A DNA stretch of 51,038 nt from an uncultured Bacilli bacterium. Its GTDB lineage: Bacteria > Bacillota_I > Bacilli_A > RFN20 > CAG-288. Each line of letters begins with the position of its first letter. Position 1 is the stretch's first letter. Positions 17,210 through 26,408 of the stretch are shown in pieces. The position numbers and the translations under genes are program-made. Location of the stretch: the NCBI GenBank assembly GCA_948525355.1, contig CAOSOP010000001.1, forward strand, positions 732-51,769, read 5' to 3'. The notes under the pieces are model-generated. The model did not search any database and was not told where the DNA came from. It saw nothing but the letters and a program-made list of their open reading frames with translations.

Positions 17210-18417
17210 ACAAGCCTGTATATAGTGTTTCAGATTTATCATCATTTATTAGTGAAGTCCTTCAGGGCTCTTTTTTTCATAATATATGCATAAGAGGAGA
17301 GATAAATCAGCTGAGCAAAAAAGGAAAGTTTACTTATATTACCTTAATTGATTCTAACGAGCAAGGGGAAAATATTTCTTCGGTTTTAAATGTTGTTATC
17401 GGACCATATTGCGATGTTTTAGCTACGAGTTTAAATGTCGGTGATATCGTTTTAATGAGTGGTAATTTAACTTACTATAAAGCGCGTGGAACCATATCGT
17501 TTTGGCCGTCTGTAATTAAAAATGATGGCGAAGGTCAAGAATTAATTCGACTAGAAAAATTAAAGCAAAAACTGCACCAAATGGGAGTCTTTGATCCTTT
17601 AAAGAAAAAAGAACTTCCAAGGATAGTACATAACCTAGCAGTGGTCACTTCAAATAGTGGAGCAGTCATCAATGATATTCGCTCAACTTTAAAATCTAGA
17701 TTTCCAGTTAAAATAAAGGTTTATTCAGCTCTTGTTCAAGGAAATGAAGCTTCAAATAGCTTGATTAAGGCTTTAGATTTAGCGATAAAAGATGAACCTG
17801 ATTTAATAATTTTAGCTCGAGGTGGAGGAAGCAAAAGCGATTTAGCTCCGTTTAATAACGAAGAATTGGTGCTTAAAGTATTTGATTCACCAATCCCTAT
17901 TATTTCCGCCGTCGGACATCAAGTCGATACATCGCTGACCGATTTAGCAGCAGATAAAAGTGCGATAACACCGACTGAAGCGGCGACCATGGTCGGTTTG
18001 AGTTTAAAAGAAGTTGAACAGAATCATATTAATTATCGCTCATCTTTAAAATCAATTATCAGCCGACGAGTTGATTTATTAAACGAAAGATATTTAAGCA
18101 TCAAAAAAAGATTTGAGCTCAGCTCTCCTTCAGCTTTGATTAAGATTAAAGAAAAAGAGTATCAAAGTTATCGTGAAAAGTTGAAGAGAGTGCTAAGTGA
18201 AAGGTATGGAATAATTAAGAATAGATTAGAGCAGAAAAAACTTCTTCTCGCCTCATCAAATCCTTTAAATATTTTAGAAAAAGGCTATGCGTATGTCTAT
18301 AAAGGAGAGAACAAAGTCACAAGCATCGAAGAAATTAAAGAAGAAGACTTATTAAAAGTGTTTTTAAGAGGTGGAGAACTAGAAGTCATTGTTAAGGGGA
18401 AGAAAAAGTATGAATGA
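17206..18417 (+). CDS. xseA: Exodeoxyribonuclease VII large subunit
   Basis: 403 aa with an N-terminal OB fold, ARGGGSKSDLAPFNNE and SAVGHQVDTSLTDLAAD. The TTG start overlaps the nusB stop. Confidence 0.9.
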   Translation: MNKPVYSVSDLSSFISEVLQGSFFHNICIRGEINQLSKKGKFTYITLIDSNEQGENISSVLNVVIGPYCDVLATSLNVGDIVLMSGNLTYYKARGTISFWPSVIKNDGEGQELIRLEKLKQKLHQMGVFDPLKKKELPRIVHNLAVVTSNSGAVINDIRSTLKSRFPVKIKVYSALVQGNEASNSLIKALDLAIKDEPDLIILARGGGSKSDLAPFNNEELVLKVFDSPIPIISAVGHQVDTSLTDLAADKSAITPTEAATMVGLSLKEVEQNHINYRSSLKSIISRRVDLLNERYLSIKKRFELSSPSALIKIKEKEYQSYREKLKRVLSERYGIIKNRLEQKKLLLASSNPLNILEKGYAYVYKGENKVTSIEEIKEEDLLKVFLRGGELEVIVKGKKKYE

Positions 18418-18604
18418 AAAATATGAAGATTTAGAAAAACAACTAGATGAAATAATCAGCAAAATGCAAGATGAAAAAAAAGATATTGCTGAAATTATGT
18501 CACTATACAAGAAGGGACAAGAAATCTTGAATAAACTTGAGTCAAAAGTAAAAGATATTAAAGAAGAAGTAGATAAGTTTAACGAGGAGGAAAGTGGAAT
18601 ATAA
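18410..18604 (+). CDS. xseB: Exodeoxyribonuclease VII small subunit
   Basis: 64-aa helical protein (MNEKYEDLEKQLDEIISKM...). ATG 18410 overlaps the xseA stop. Confidence 0.8.
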   Translation: MNEKYEDLEKQLDEIISKMQDEKKDIAEIMSLYKKGQEILNKLESKVKDIKEEVDKFNEEESGI

Positions 18605-20402
18605 GGGAAGAGAAGTCGATCTATCTTATATTAAGTCATGTTCAAATGAAGAACTTCATGACTTAGCTTTTTTGCTTCGCGAAAAAATCATTGAAACCGT
18701 CGCTTCTACTGGTGGTCATCTTTCGAGCAATCTTGGAACGGTCGAATTGACCTTAGGATTAGCAAAAGTCTTTGATTTAGATAAGGACCAAGTTATCTTT
18801 GATGTAGGTCATCAAACATATGCATATAAAATAATCACGGGTAGAGATCTAAGCAGTTTAAGAAAAAAAGATGGTGTCTCACCATTTTCTTCAACTAATG
18901 AATCAAAGTATGACATCATCGATAACGGCCATTCATCAACATCGCTTTCATATGCTCTAGCGATAGCTGAAATGAAAAAGGCTCATGGTGATGACTCATT
19001 TACCATTGCTTTTATCGGCGATGGAAGCATCACAAATGGCCTTTCGTTTGAGGCATTAAATGAAATCGGTGCAAGAAAAGATTTAAATCTAATCATTGTT
19101 TTAAATGACAACGGGATGAGCATATCCAAAGCTACTGGTTCACTATCTAAACAATTTTTAAAACTACGACATAGTAGATTCTACCTTAAAAGAGTCTTGG
19201 CTTTTAGAAAGCTTGGAAAGATCAAAGGTTTTGGTTGGCTGTATAAATTCTTCCGTCACATTAAGAATTTTTTCAAGCACATCATCGTTCGAGACAATCT
19301 ATTTGAAAGTTTAAACATCCCTTATAATGGTCCGTTTGATGGTAATAAAATAAAGGAAGTTAAAACTGCCTTAGAGTTTGCTAAAAACGTCAAGGGACCG
19401 ATCATTCTTCACTTTAAAACGGTTAAGGGAAAAGGATATGAATTAGCACAAGATGATGAAGTAGGACACTGGCATGGAATTGAACCATTCGATATTAAAA
19501 CAGGTAAACTTATCAAAGAATTCACCGAAGATTATTCCTATTATGCGAGTAGAGTAATATATAACATGTTGGTCGAAGATGAAAAAACATATCTTATATG
19601 TCCAGCGATGATTCATGGATCTTACCTTGAACAATGTTTTTTAGACTATCGAGAGAGGACATTTGATGTTGGAATCGCCGAGGAGCATGCGATAGTTTAT
19701 GGTGCTGCGCTTTCGCTTTGTCATTATCATCCGATAATCTCCATATATTCGACATTTTTACAAAGGAGTTATGATGAATTGATTCACGACTTATGTCGAA
19801 ATAAAAATGGCTCTATTGTCTTTATTGATCGAGCTGGGCTTATTGGAAAAGATGGTCCTTCTCATCAAGGAATATATGATGTTTCCTATTTAAAAACGAT
19901 CCCAAATACCTATATATTTCATCCATATTCCAAAGAAGATTTAGATGTTATTTTGGCTAGAAAGAATGAAATATATGAAAGTAAAGTCAACCTCTTTGTC
20001 CGACTGCCAAAAGAAAAAATAATCAGTGATATATCTGACTATAATCGAATTAATGGTGCTGATACTTTGATAATCAGTGTTGGTAATTTAGGTGTTGGTC
20101 TGTTTAAAGAATTGAATGGTTTTGATACATTACTAATAAAGCAAATCCATCCTCTAGAAGAAGAGCAGTTAAAATTCATTCTTCAATACAAAAATATCAT
20201 TCTCTATGATCCTTATTCAACAAATCTCGGCCTAGAATCTTCAATCGCTCACTTTTTAGCTTTAAATAGTTATCATGGTAATTATAAAGCTTATTCACTG
20301 CCTGTCTGTTATATCGAGAGCATGAGAATCGACGAACAGCTTGAAAAATATGAGCTTGATATAGAAACGATGAAGATAAAAATAGTGAATAATGCAGATT
20401 AG
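18594..20402 (+). CDS. dxs: 1-deoxy-D-xylulose-5-phosphate synthase
   Basis: GGHLSSNLGTVELT, FDVGHQTYAYKIITGR, GHSSTSLSYA and IGDGSITNG (TPP-binding). GTG start with GAGGAGG upstream. Confidence 0.9.
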   Translation: MEYKGREVDLSYIKSCSNEELHDLAFLLREKIIETVASTGGHLSSNLGTVELTLGLAKVFDLDKDQVIFDVGHQTYAYKIITGRDLSSLRKKDGVSPFSSTNESKYDIIDNGHSSTSLSYALAIAEMKKAHGDDSFTIAFIGDGSITNGLSFEALNEIGARKDLNLIIVLNDNGMSISKATGSLSKQFLKLRHSRFYLKRVLAFRKLGKIKGFGWLYKFFRHIKNFFKHIIVRDNLFESLNIPYNGPFDGNKIKEVKTALEFAKNVKGPIILHFKTVKGKGYELAQDDEVGHWHGIEPFDIKTGKLIKEFTEDYSYYASRVIYNMLVEDEKTYLICPAMIHGSYLEQCFLDYRERTFDVGIAEEHAIVYGAALSLCHYHPIISIYSTFLQRSYDELIHDLCRNKNGSIVFIDRAGLIGKDGPSHQGIYDVSYLKTIPNTYIFHPYSKEDLDVILARKNEIYESKVNLFVRLPKEKIISDISDYNRINGADTLIISVGNLGVGLFKELNGFDTLLIKQIHPLEEEQLKFILQYKNIILYDPYSTNLGLESSIAHFLALNSYHGNYKAYSLPVCYIESMRIDEQLEKYELDIETMKIKIVNNAD

Positions 20403-20440
20403 TATTTTTCTAGTAAATATTTAGTATTAATTTAGTTAAG
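20397..20440 (+). repeat. Phased-TAGT element, copy A (4 cores at 11-bp spacing)
   Basis: gatTAGTatttttcTAGTaaatattTAGTattaattTAGTtaag, with TAGT at 20400, 20411, 20422 and 20433. It ends 18 nt before a -35 box. Confidence 0.7.
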
Positions 20441-20457
20441 AAAACGCTTTTAAAAAC

Positions 20458-20485
20458 TTGTAAAAAATTATATAAGGAATATAAT
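20458..20485 (+). promoter_or_regulatory. Putative promoter of the PII-like/antiporter operon
   Basis: TTGTAA-16 nt-TATAAT. Confidence 0.45.
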
Positions 20486-20504
20486 TTATACGAGAGGTGA
20501 ATTT

Positions 20505-20852
20505 ATGATTAAAATGCTTGTAGCAGTAATCAACAATACTGAGAAAGTTGAAAAAATTCTAAATGTACTTGAAGAGGGTGGAATTACTTCTGGCTGTATC
20601 ATCGATGGAAAGGGAATGAATCATTCTCATCACATCCATGATGAAGAAGATAAGCAGCATGTTGGTATTTTAAGAAACTTCTTAAATCCTGAAAGAGTTC
20701 CATCTAAAACTTTACTATTCGTCGCTGAGAGTGAGAAGATTACATTTATAAAGAACTCTATATTAGACGCTTTCAAGGGTTCAAAAGAGAGTGATTTAGG
20801 TTTTATTGCAGAATTTGATGCCTGTAATACGACATTAATAACCAATAAATAA
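20505..20852 (+). CDS. Small PII-like (GlnB-fold-like) protein, function unknown
   Basis: 115 aa with a beta-alpha-beta pattern MLVAVINNTEKVEKILNVLEEGGITSGCIIDGKGM, then a His/Asp/Glu-rich loop, then a second beta-alpha-beta. Fold assignment is by eye only. Confidence 0.35.
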   Translation: MIKMLVAVINNTEKVEKILNVLEEGGITSGCIIDGKGMNHSHHIHDEEDKQHVGILRNFLNPERVPSKTLLFVAESEKITFIKNSILDAFKGSKESDLGFIAEFDACNTTLITNK

Positions 20853-20872
20853 AGCGTATTGTCGAGGTATTT

Positions 20873-22234
20873 ATGAATTTATTATTTAGTTTTATCGATT
20901 TTGAAGGAAGTGGCAACAATCCTTCAGTATTATTGCTTGCAATAGCAGTAATACTTTTGACTGGTTTGCTCATGAGTAAACTGACGAAAGTCTTGCACAT
21001 TCCTAATGTCACAGGTTATCTTGTTGGTGGATTACTTCTTGGACCTGGTCTATTAGGTCTTATCAATGGATTTGATGGAATCATCAGCATATCGACTGTC
21101 GAGGCGTTAAAAGTTATAGTTAAAATAGAATTGGCCTTTATCGCCTTTACAATCGGTTGTGAATTTAAAAAAAGCTTTATCAAAAGCGTTGGAATCAAAC
21201 CGATAATCGTCGCAGCTGGTGAAAGCTTCTTCGCCGTTATCATCATATTCGGCGTAATCATGTGTTTTTCACCACTACTAGTTAATTTACTTGATAAAAC
21301 CATGGTTGAAGTGACATCATATGCCTTAGCCCTAGGTTCAATCGGTGCTGCAACGGCACCAGCGGCAACCTTGATGGTCATCAAGCAGTATCGCGCGAAA
21401 GGTGAATTAACCGATACATTGATTGCAACTGTCGCTGTCGATGATGCAACCGCATTGATTTTCTTTGGACTTGCCATCGCAATAATTGAAATAATAAGTC
21501 CAAATTCAGGTAATAGCAATATTGTTTTAAGCATTGCTTCACCATTTATCGCTATTATATTAGCCATTGGATTAGGAGTATTATGTGGATTTGCACTCGT
21601 TCTATTTACTAAATATTTCCACGGAAGAGGAACGAGGTTATGTGCGATATTATGCACAACACTTGGATGTTCTGGATTATGTTACGCAGTAAGTCTAGGA
21701 TTTAATACATTATTTGCTAACTGTGGTTTATCAGGAAATAGCATTGAAGTTTCTGACTTATTTGCCGTTATGGTCGTTGGATTAATCTACACCAACTTCT
21801 CACCAGCGGAAGAAGAAACAGTCGAACTTGTCAATCGCTTCACCCCACCATTTGTCATGATGTTCTTCGTGCTTTCTGGTGCTGAGCTTGACTTTGGTGA
21901 ATTAAATGGAAATCAGATAGTTGTTATCGTCTTATCTATCGCATGTTATGTCATCGCAAGAACAGCTGGTAAATATGCCGGTGTTCAAGTTACAGGTAGA
22001 CTATGTAAGCTGCCGTCAAAAGTAACAAATCTTATGGCCCTTGGACTTATGCCACAAGGTGGTGTCGCCATCGGTTTATCGATTACCGCCAGCCGACTTC
22101 CTGTTTTACAAGACATCAGTTTGATTATCTCAACAACGATCATCACTTCATGTATTATAACTGAACTCTTTGGTCCTTTATTTACAAAATTCATGCTTTA
22201 TAAAGCAAAAGAAGCTGATCCGGCTTTAAAATAA
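20873..22234 (+). CDS. Cation:proton antiporter (Na+/H+ exchanger family, CPA2-like)
   Basis: 453 aa with about 12 TM helices and an N-terminal NVTGYLVGGLLLGPGLLGLI typical of Kef/CPA2-type exchangers. Confidence 0.7.
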   Translation: MNLLFSFIDFEGSGNNPSVLLLAIAVILLTGLLMSKLTKVLHIPNVTGYLVGGLLLGPGLLGLINGFDGIISISTVEALKVIVKIELAFIAFTIGCEFKKSFIKSVGIKPIIVAAGESFFAVIIIFGVIMCFSPLLVNLLDKTMVEVTSYALALGSIGAATAPAATLMVIKQYRAKGELTDTLIATVAVDDATALIFFGLAIAIIEIISPNSGNSNIVLSIASPFIAIILAIGLGVLCGFALVLFTKYFHGRGTRLCAILCTTLGCSGLCYAVSLGFNTLFANCGLSGNSIEVSDLFAVMVVGLIYTNFSPAEEETVELVNRFTPPFVMMFFVLSGAELDFGELNGNQIVVIVLSIACYVIARTAGKYAGVQVTGRLCKLPSKVTNLMALGLMPQGGVAIGLSITASRLPVLQDISLIISTTIITSCIITELFGPLFTKFMLYKAKEADPALK

Positions 22235-22236
22235 TA

Positions 22237-22266
22237 AAAAGCTGCATAGCAATATGCGGCTTTTTT
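22237..22266 (+). terminator. Intrinsic terminator
   Basis: GCTGCATA-gcaa-TATGCGGC followed by TTTTTT. Confidence 0.7.
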
Positions 22267-22389
22267 AATGATTATATTTAAAAATATTCCTTAACAGAAT
22301 CTATATTAAATGAAGAGCAGAGAATAAAGAATTGAAGAAATAATAAAAAGTTTAACTATCTATATTTAAGACGATACTATATAATATAT

Positions 22390-23031
22390 ATGATGAATAG
22401 AGAGAATGAAAGTTTTGATCGACGTTTATTTATATACTGCAGTTTGAATATCCTGATTGGATTATTCTTTATCTTTTCTGCATGTTTTACTTATTTTATC
22501 TACGGCATTCAAAATGGTACTGATGCGTCATTTTTGGCCAACACTTTTGCCGGCCTTTGCCTAATCAGTTCGGGTATATATTCTTTAATTAAAAAAGAGA
22601 GCAAACTATCTTCAGTAATTTTATCAGGTACAATTGCTTTAACTTTAAGCTTATTTGTCAGCATTATTATTTTCTTCTCTGAAGAATATGAACCGCGTAA
22701 CAATTATTGTTTTGCCTTGCTTGAATTTGTCAATCCAATAGTGATGATCGTATATTATTTGACCGATGTTAAGGAAGACCATAAGTATTCTAATTATAAA
22801 ACACTTTGGCTGATTATTTTACCGATAGTTTTTTATTCGGTAATTTCATTTTTCGTCGTTAAATTTACTGATAATAAGGTTAACGATAACTTGTTTACTG
22901 AAATATATGACAATAATTTCTTTTCACTAGCATTTATAGTTCTTGTTTACTTTTTATCTTATGCCATTGGATCGTTATATTTATTGTTAAATAAAGTAAT
23001 CTATAAAAAATTAAGGAAAGGGAAGAATTAG
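22390..23031 (+). CDS. Hypothetical polytopic membrane protein
   Basis: 213 aa with about 6 TM helices. No recognisable motif. Confidence 0.45.
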   Translation: MMNRENESFDRRLFIYCSLNILIGLFFIFSACFTYFIYGIQNGTDASFLANTFAGLCLISSGIYSLIKKESKLSSVILSGTIALTLSLFVSIIIFFSEEYEPRNNYCFALLEFVNPIVMIVYYLTDVKEDHKYSNYKTLWLIILPIVFYSVISFFVVKFTDNKVNDNLFTEIYDNNFFSLAFIVLVYFLSYAIGSLYLLLNKVIYKKLRKGKN

Positions 23032-23032
23032 T

Positions 23033-24673
23033 ATGTTAAAACACCTTCACATTAAAAACTATATCTTAATCGATGAAATCGATATTGAATTTGACGATGG
23101 TCTTAACATCATCTATGGAGAAACTGGAGCGGGAAAATCAATCCTCGTCTCAGCATTAAATCTTTTAAAAGGTCAAAGAACCTCATTTGATCATATTCTT
23201 GATGAGTCAAAGAAGGCCTTGATAGAAGCAACATTTATTTTAACTGATGATTTTATCAAAACTCATCCACTACTTAAGGATTATTTAGATTCTAATGAAT
23301 TGATCATCTCTCGCTCACTCCTTCCATCGAAGACTTCGCAGATACGAATAAATGGTGAATTAATAACTTTAAGTGAACTTGAAGAAATAGCAAAGGATGT
23401 CATTGATATAACATCATCTGGTTCATCTTTTTTGCTTCGAACTAATGAATATCAGAAGAATTTATTAGATAAATACATTGTCAGCCAAATTGGTCGTAAG
23501 TCATATGATGATTATAGTGCTAAATATGATGAGTATTTAAAGGCGATTAAAGCTAAAGAAGAGTATTTAACTTATTTAAGAACTAATGATATCGATAGCA
23601 TTAGATTTAAACTAGAGAAACTTTCAAAGTATAATATCAAAGACAACGAATACGAAGATTTAAAAGAAGAGGCTATTGAAGCAGAGAAGTATTCAAAAAA
23701 TCTCGCAGCCTATAGCAATTTTGAGGCTTTGGATAACGATGAATCCTTTCATGACATAATGTATAAACTGACTAAGTGTTTTAACGAAATAGATGATGAA
23801 GATTCACAAGAGTTGATATCATATATCGATGAAATTCGCGAAAGAGTATCTCATTACGCCTCAAAATGTGGGGAAGAAGAAAAGTATTTACAAAGAGTTG
23901 ATTACATCAATTCGCGTATTTTTGAACTGCAACCTTTGATCAGAGAATATGAATCAAGTAATGCAGTAATCCAAACTATAGATGAATTGACAAGTAGACT
24001 AGATGAAGTGACAAACTCTGAGGATCATATAAAGAGTTTAGATAAAAAAGTCGAAGCTAAAAGAGCAGAGTGTTATAAATTAGCTAAAGAACTATCATCT
24101 ATTAGAAAAGAATATGCGAAAAAAATCGATGAATATGTTCAGTATGAAATGAAAGGACTCTCATTAAAAGAAGATGGATTCAAAATTGAATTTACTGAAA
24201 AAGAATTATCTAGCAGCGGAATTGATGAAATCGAAATGTTGGTTTGTTTAAACAAAGGAATGGGATTTAAACCTCTATGTCAAACCGCTTCTTTCGGTGA
24301 GACTAGCCGCCTTCTAATCGCCTTAATTGCTAGCTTAAATAAACTAGCACCGATAGATACTTTGATATTAGATGAAGTTGATACAGGTGTTAGTGGTAAA
24401 ATTGGCGTTAGCGTTGCTAAAAAACTTATTGAAATATCGAAGGAATCGATGGTTATTGCCATATCGCACCTTCCACCAGTTATCGCTTCTGGTGATAGTT
24501 TTTATCGTGTGTATAAAGAAGATGAAAACGAGAAGACCAGTACTCATATCAATAAAATGAGCAGAGAAGAGGCGTTAAAAGATTTAGCAATAATTTTAAG
24601 TGGTAAGGATGATGATCAAAAGGCTTATTCGTTAGCTGAGAGTTTAGTTGAGGAAGTTCACACTAAAAACTAA
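23033..24673 (+). CDS. recN: DNA repair protein RecN
   Basis: N-terminal Walker A GETGAGKSIL, a long coiled-coil middle region, and a C-terminal SGGE-like FGETSRL plus LILDEVDTGVSG. Confidence 0.9.
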   Translation: MLKHLHIKNYILIDEIDIEFDDGLNIIYGETGAGKSILVSALNLLKGQRTSFDHILDESKKALIEATFILTDDFIKTHPLLKDYLDSNELIISRSLLPSKTSQIRINGELITLSELEEIAKDVIDITSSGSSFLLRTNEYQKNLLDKYIVSQIGRKSYDDYSAKYDEYLKAIKAKEEYLTYLRTNDIDSIRFKLEKLSKYNIKDNEYEDLKEEAIEAEKYSKNLAAYSNFEALDNDESFHDIMYKLTKCFNEIDDEDSQELISYIDEIRERVSHYASKCGEEEKYLQRVDYINSRIFELQPLIREYESSNAVIQTIDELTSRLDEVTNSEDHIKSLDKKVEAKRAECYKLAKELSSIRKEYAKKIDEYVQYEMKGLSLKEDGFKIEFTEKELSSSGIDEIEMLVCLNKGMGFKPLCQTASFGETSRLLIALIASLNKLAPIDTLILDEVDTGVSGKIGVSVAKKLIEISKESMVIAISHLPPVIASGDSFYRVYKEDENEKTSTHINKMSREEALKDLAIILSGKDDDQKAYSLAESLVEEVHTKN

Positions 24674-24712
24674 CTAATATAGTACTAAATATCTACTAAT
24701 AAATTACTAGAA
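24670..24712 (-). repeat. Phased-TAGT element, copy C (reverse orientation)
   Basis: ACTA (reverse complement of TAGT) at 24673, 24684, 24695 and 24706, exactly 11 bp apart. It lies between recN and spoIVB. Confidence 0.65.
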
Positions 24713-24753
24713 TAATTATTCTTCCAATTGCAATACTATTTTTGGAGGAATTT

Positions 24754-25692
24754 ATGAATATATTAACTTCAATGCTCGCCATCAGTTCTGTCTATCTCGG
24801 TGGTGATAATATTGGATTTTCACTTAAGCCTAATGGAGTGATCATAAGTGGAACATATGATGTAATATGCGATAATCATATATATAATCCGAAAAATTTT
24901 GATATTAGACCGGGTGATATAATAATATCTATAGATAATCAACCTGTCGATAGCGTCGAACTTTTAAATCAATACATTTCAAGTAGCAGTGATTTAAATG
25001 TCGACTTAACTCTCATTCGTGAAGAAAAGGAGTTGAGCAGAGAATTAAAACTTAATAAAGTTGATGGTTCATATAAGACAGGCTTATTTGTCAAGCCGTC
25101 GACCATGGGAATCGGTACATCAACTTTTTATACGATGGACAATCAATTCGCTGGACTTGGTCATCCAGTAAAGGAATTAAACACGACAGTTCCAATCATC
25201 GAGGGTAATGTTTATTATAGTTCGGTAAATGGAATAAAAAAGGCTGAGGAAGGTAAAGTTGGTGAAAAAGTCGCCTCTTTAGATGTAAATAATAAACTCG
25301 GAAGCATCTATCGCAATACAGAATTCGGCATCAGTGGTTATTATACAAGCATTCCATCAAATGCAACGCTGATTGATGTCGCTGATTTTAGTGAAATTAA
25401 AACTGGTCCTGCTAAGATGCTGACAGTAATTGATGGAGATAAGAAAGAGTATTTTGACATCAACATAACTTCAATATCAAATATGGATACCAATAATGGG
25501 TTAAAAGTAGAAATAACAGACCCACGATTGATTAAGCTAAGTGGTGGAATAGTTGCTGGAATGAGTGGTTCACCGATAGTTCAAAACAATAAACTTGTCG
25601 GGGCAATAACTCATGTCATTGTTTCTAACCCAACAAAAGGCTATGGTGTCAGCATCGATAAGATGATAAATCATCTATTCATCGAGCGTTAG
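24754..25692 (+). CDS. spoIVB: SpoIVB-type S55 serine peptidase
   Basis: YLGGDNIGFSLKPNGVIISG, a PDZ segment (GDIIISIDNQPV) and the catalytic region GIVAGMSGSPIVQNNKLVGAITHV. It follows recN as in Bacillus. I chose ATG 24754 after GGAGG. Confidence 0.8.
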   Translation: MNILTSMLAISSVYLGGDNIGFSLKPNGVIISGTYDVICDNHIYNPKNFDIRPGDIIISIDNQPVDSVELLNQYISSSSDLNVDLTLIREEKELSRELKLNKVDGSYKTGLFVKPSTMGIGTSTFYTMDNQFAGLGHPVKELNTTVPIIEGNVYYSSVNGIKKAEEGKVGEKVASLDVNNKLGSIYRNTEFGISGYYTSIPSNATLIDVADFSEIKTGPAKMLTVIDGDKKEYFDINITSISNMDTNNGLKVEITDPRLIKLSGGIVAGMSGSPIVQNNKLVGAITHVIVSNPTKGYGVSIDKMINHLFIER

Positions 25693-26373
25693 TATGGATT
25701 TAAAAAATAGGGGAAGAAGAGAAATCTTCTCCTCTTTTTTATCTATAATAACTTCTTTTAATAACTCACTTATTGGATCTAGTTCTTCTAAAAATTGAGT
25801 TTTTTTACTTAAATCTTCATATAAAAAATCAACATTTCTTTTGTTTTTTAATTGAATCAGATACTCACTAATCAAGATATGGAATTCAAGATAAGCAGGT
25901 TTTGAATCGATATATTCTTCTAAACCCTTTAAATACGCTTTATAAGCCTCATAGTCGTTAGAATCGATTAAGAAGAGGAGTTGATAGTAAATCAATAAAG
26001 TAGCCCCTAGAGCGGTCTTTTCTTCTTTTAACGAGGTGTTAGCCTCAGGAAGTTGATCAAATTCTTTTAAACATAGTGAACACATGATTTTATAAATAAG
26101 ATTTAATTCATGCTTTTCATTCCTAGTATAAAATCTAAAATAAAAAGATGATCTTATTTTCTCTATATAATAAAAATCTTGATTATATAAGTGTATAAGT
26201 GATCTTTGCTTTTTTATTCCAATAAAAATTAAAAATGAAAAAACAACAAGGAAAAAAGTTGCGAAGAAGAATAACAGAATGTATATGGCAAGATTTTTAA
26301 AGAATGCACCAAGAAGAGCAAAAGTAAGAATTATAATGGTCGCAACTATGCCACTTATCGCTAATTTTTTCAT
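25675..26373 (-). CDS. Hypothetical membrane protein with helical-repeat C-terminal region
   Basis: 232 aa with two N-terminal TM helices. Its 3' end overlaps the spoIVB 3' end by 18 nt (convergent). Confidence 0.4.
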   Translation of the reverse strand: MKKLAISGIVATIIILTFALLGAFFKNLAIYILLFFFATFFLVVFSFLIFIGIKKQRSLIHLYNQDFYYIEKIRSSFYFRFYTRNEKHELNLIYKIMCSLCLKEFDQLPEANTSLKEEKTALGATLLIYYQLLFLIDSNDYEAYKAYLKGLEEYIDSKPAYLEFHILISEYLIQLKNKRNVDFLYEDLSKKTQFLEELDPISELLKEVIIDKKEEKISLLPLFFKSILTLDE

Positions 26374-26408
26374 ATACTAATTATACCATTATTTGATAAA
26401 ATAACCAT

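Noticed and set aside
21016-21657. 213-aa ORF on the minus strand inside the antiporter gene (also 21985-22194, 20630-20845 and 20803-21012).
   Set aside because: It is antisense to a strongly supported 12-TM transporter CDS. Its composition mirrors hydrophobic codons read in reverse, and it has no SD or independent support.
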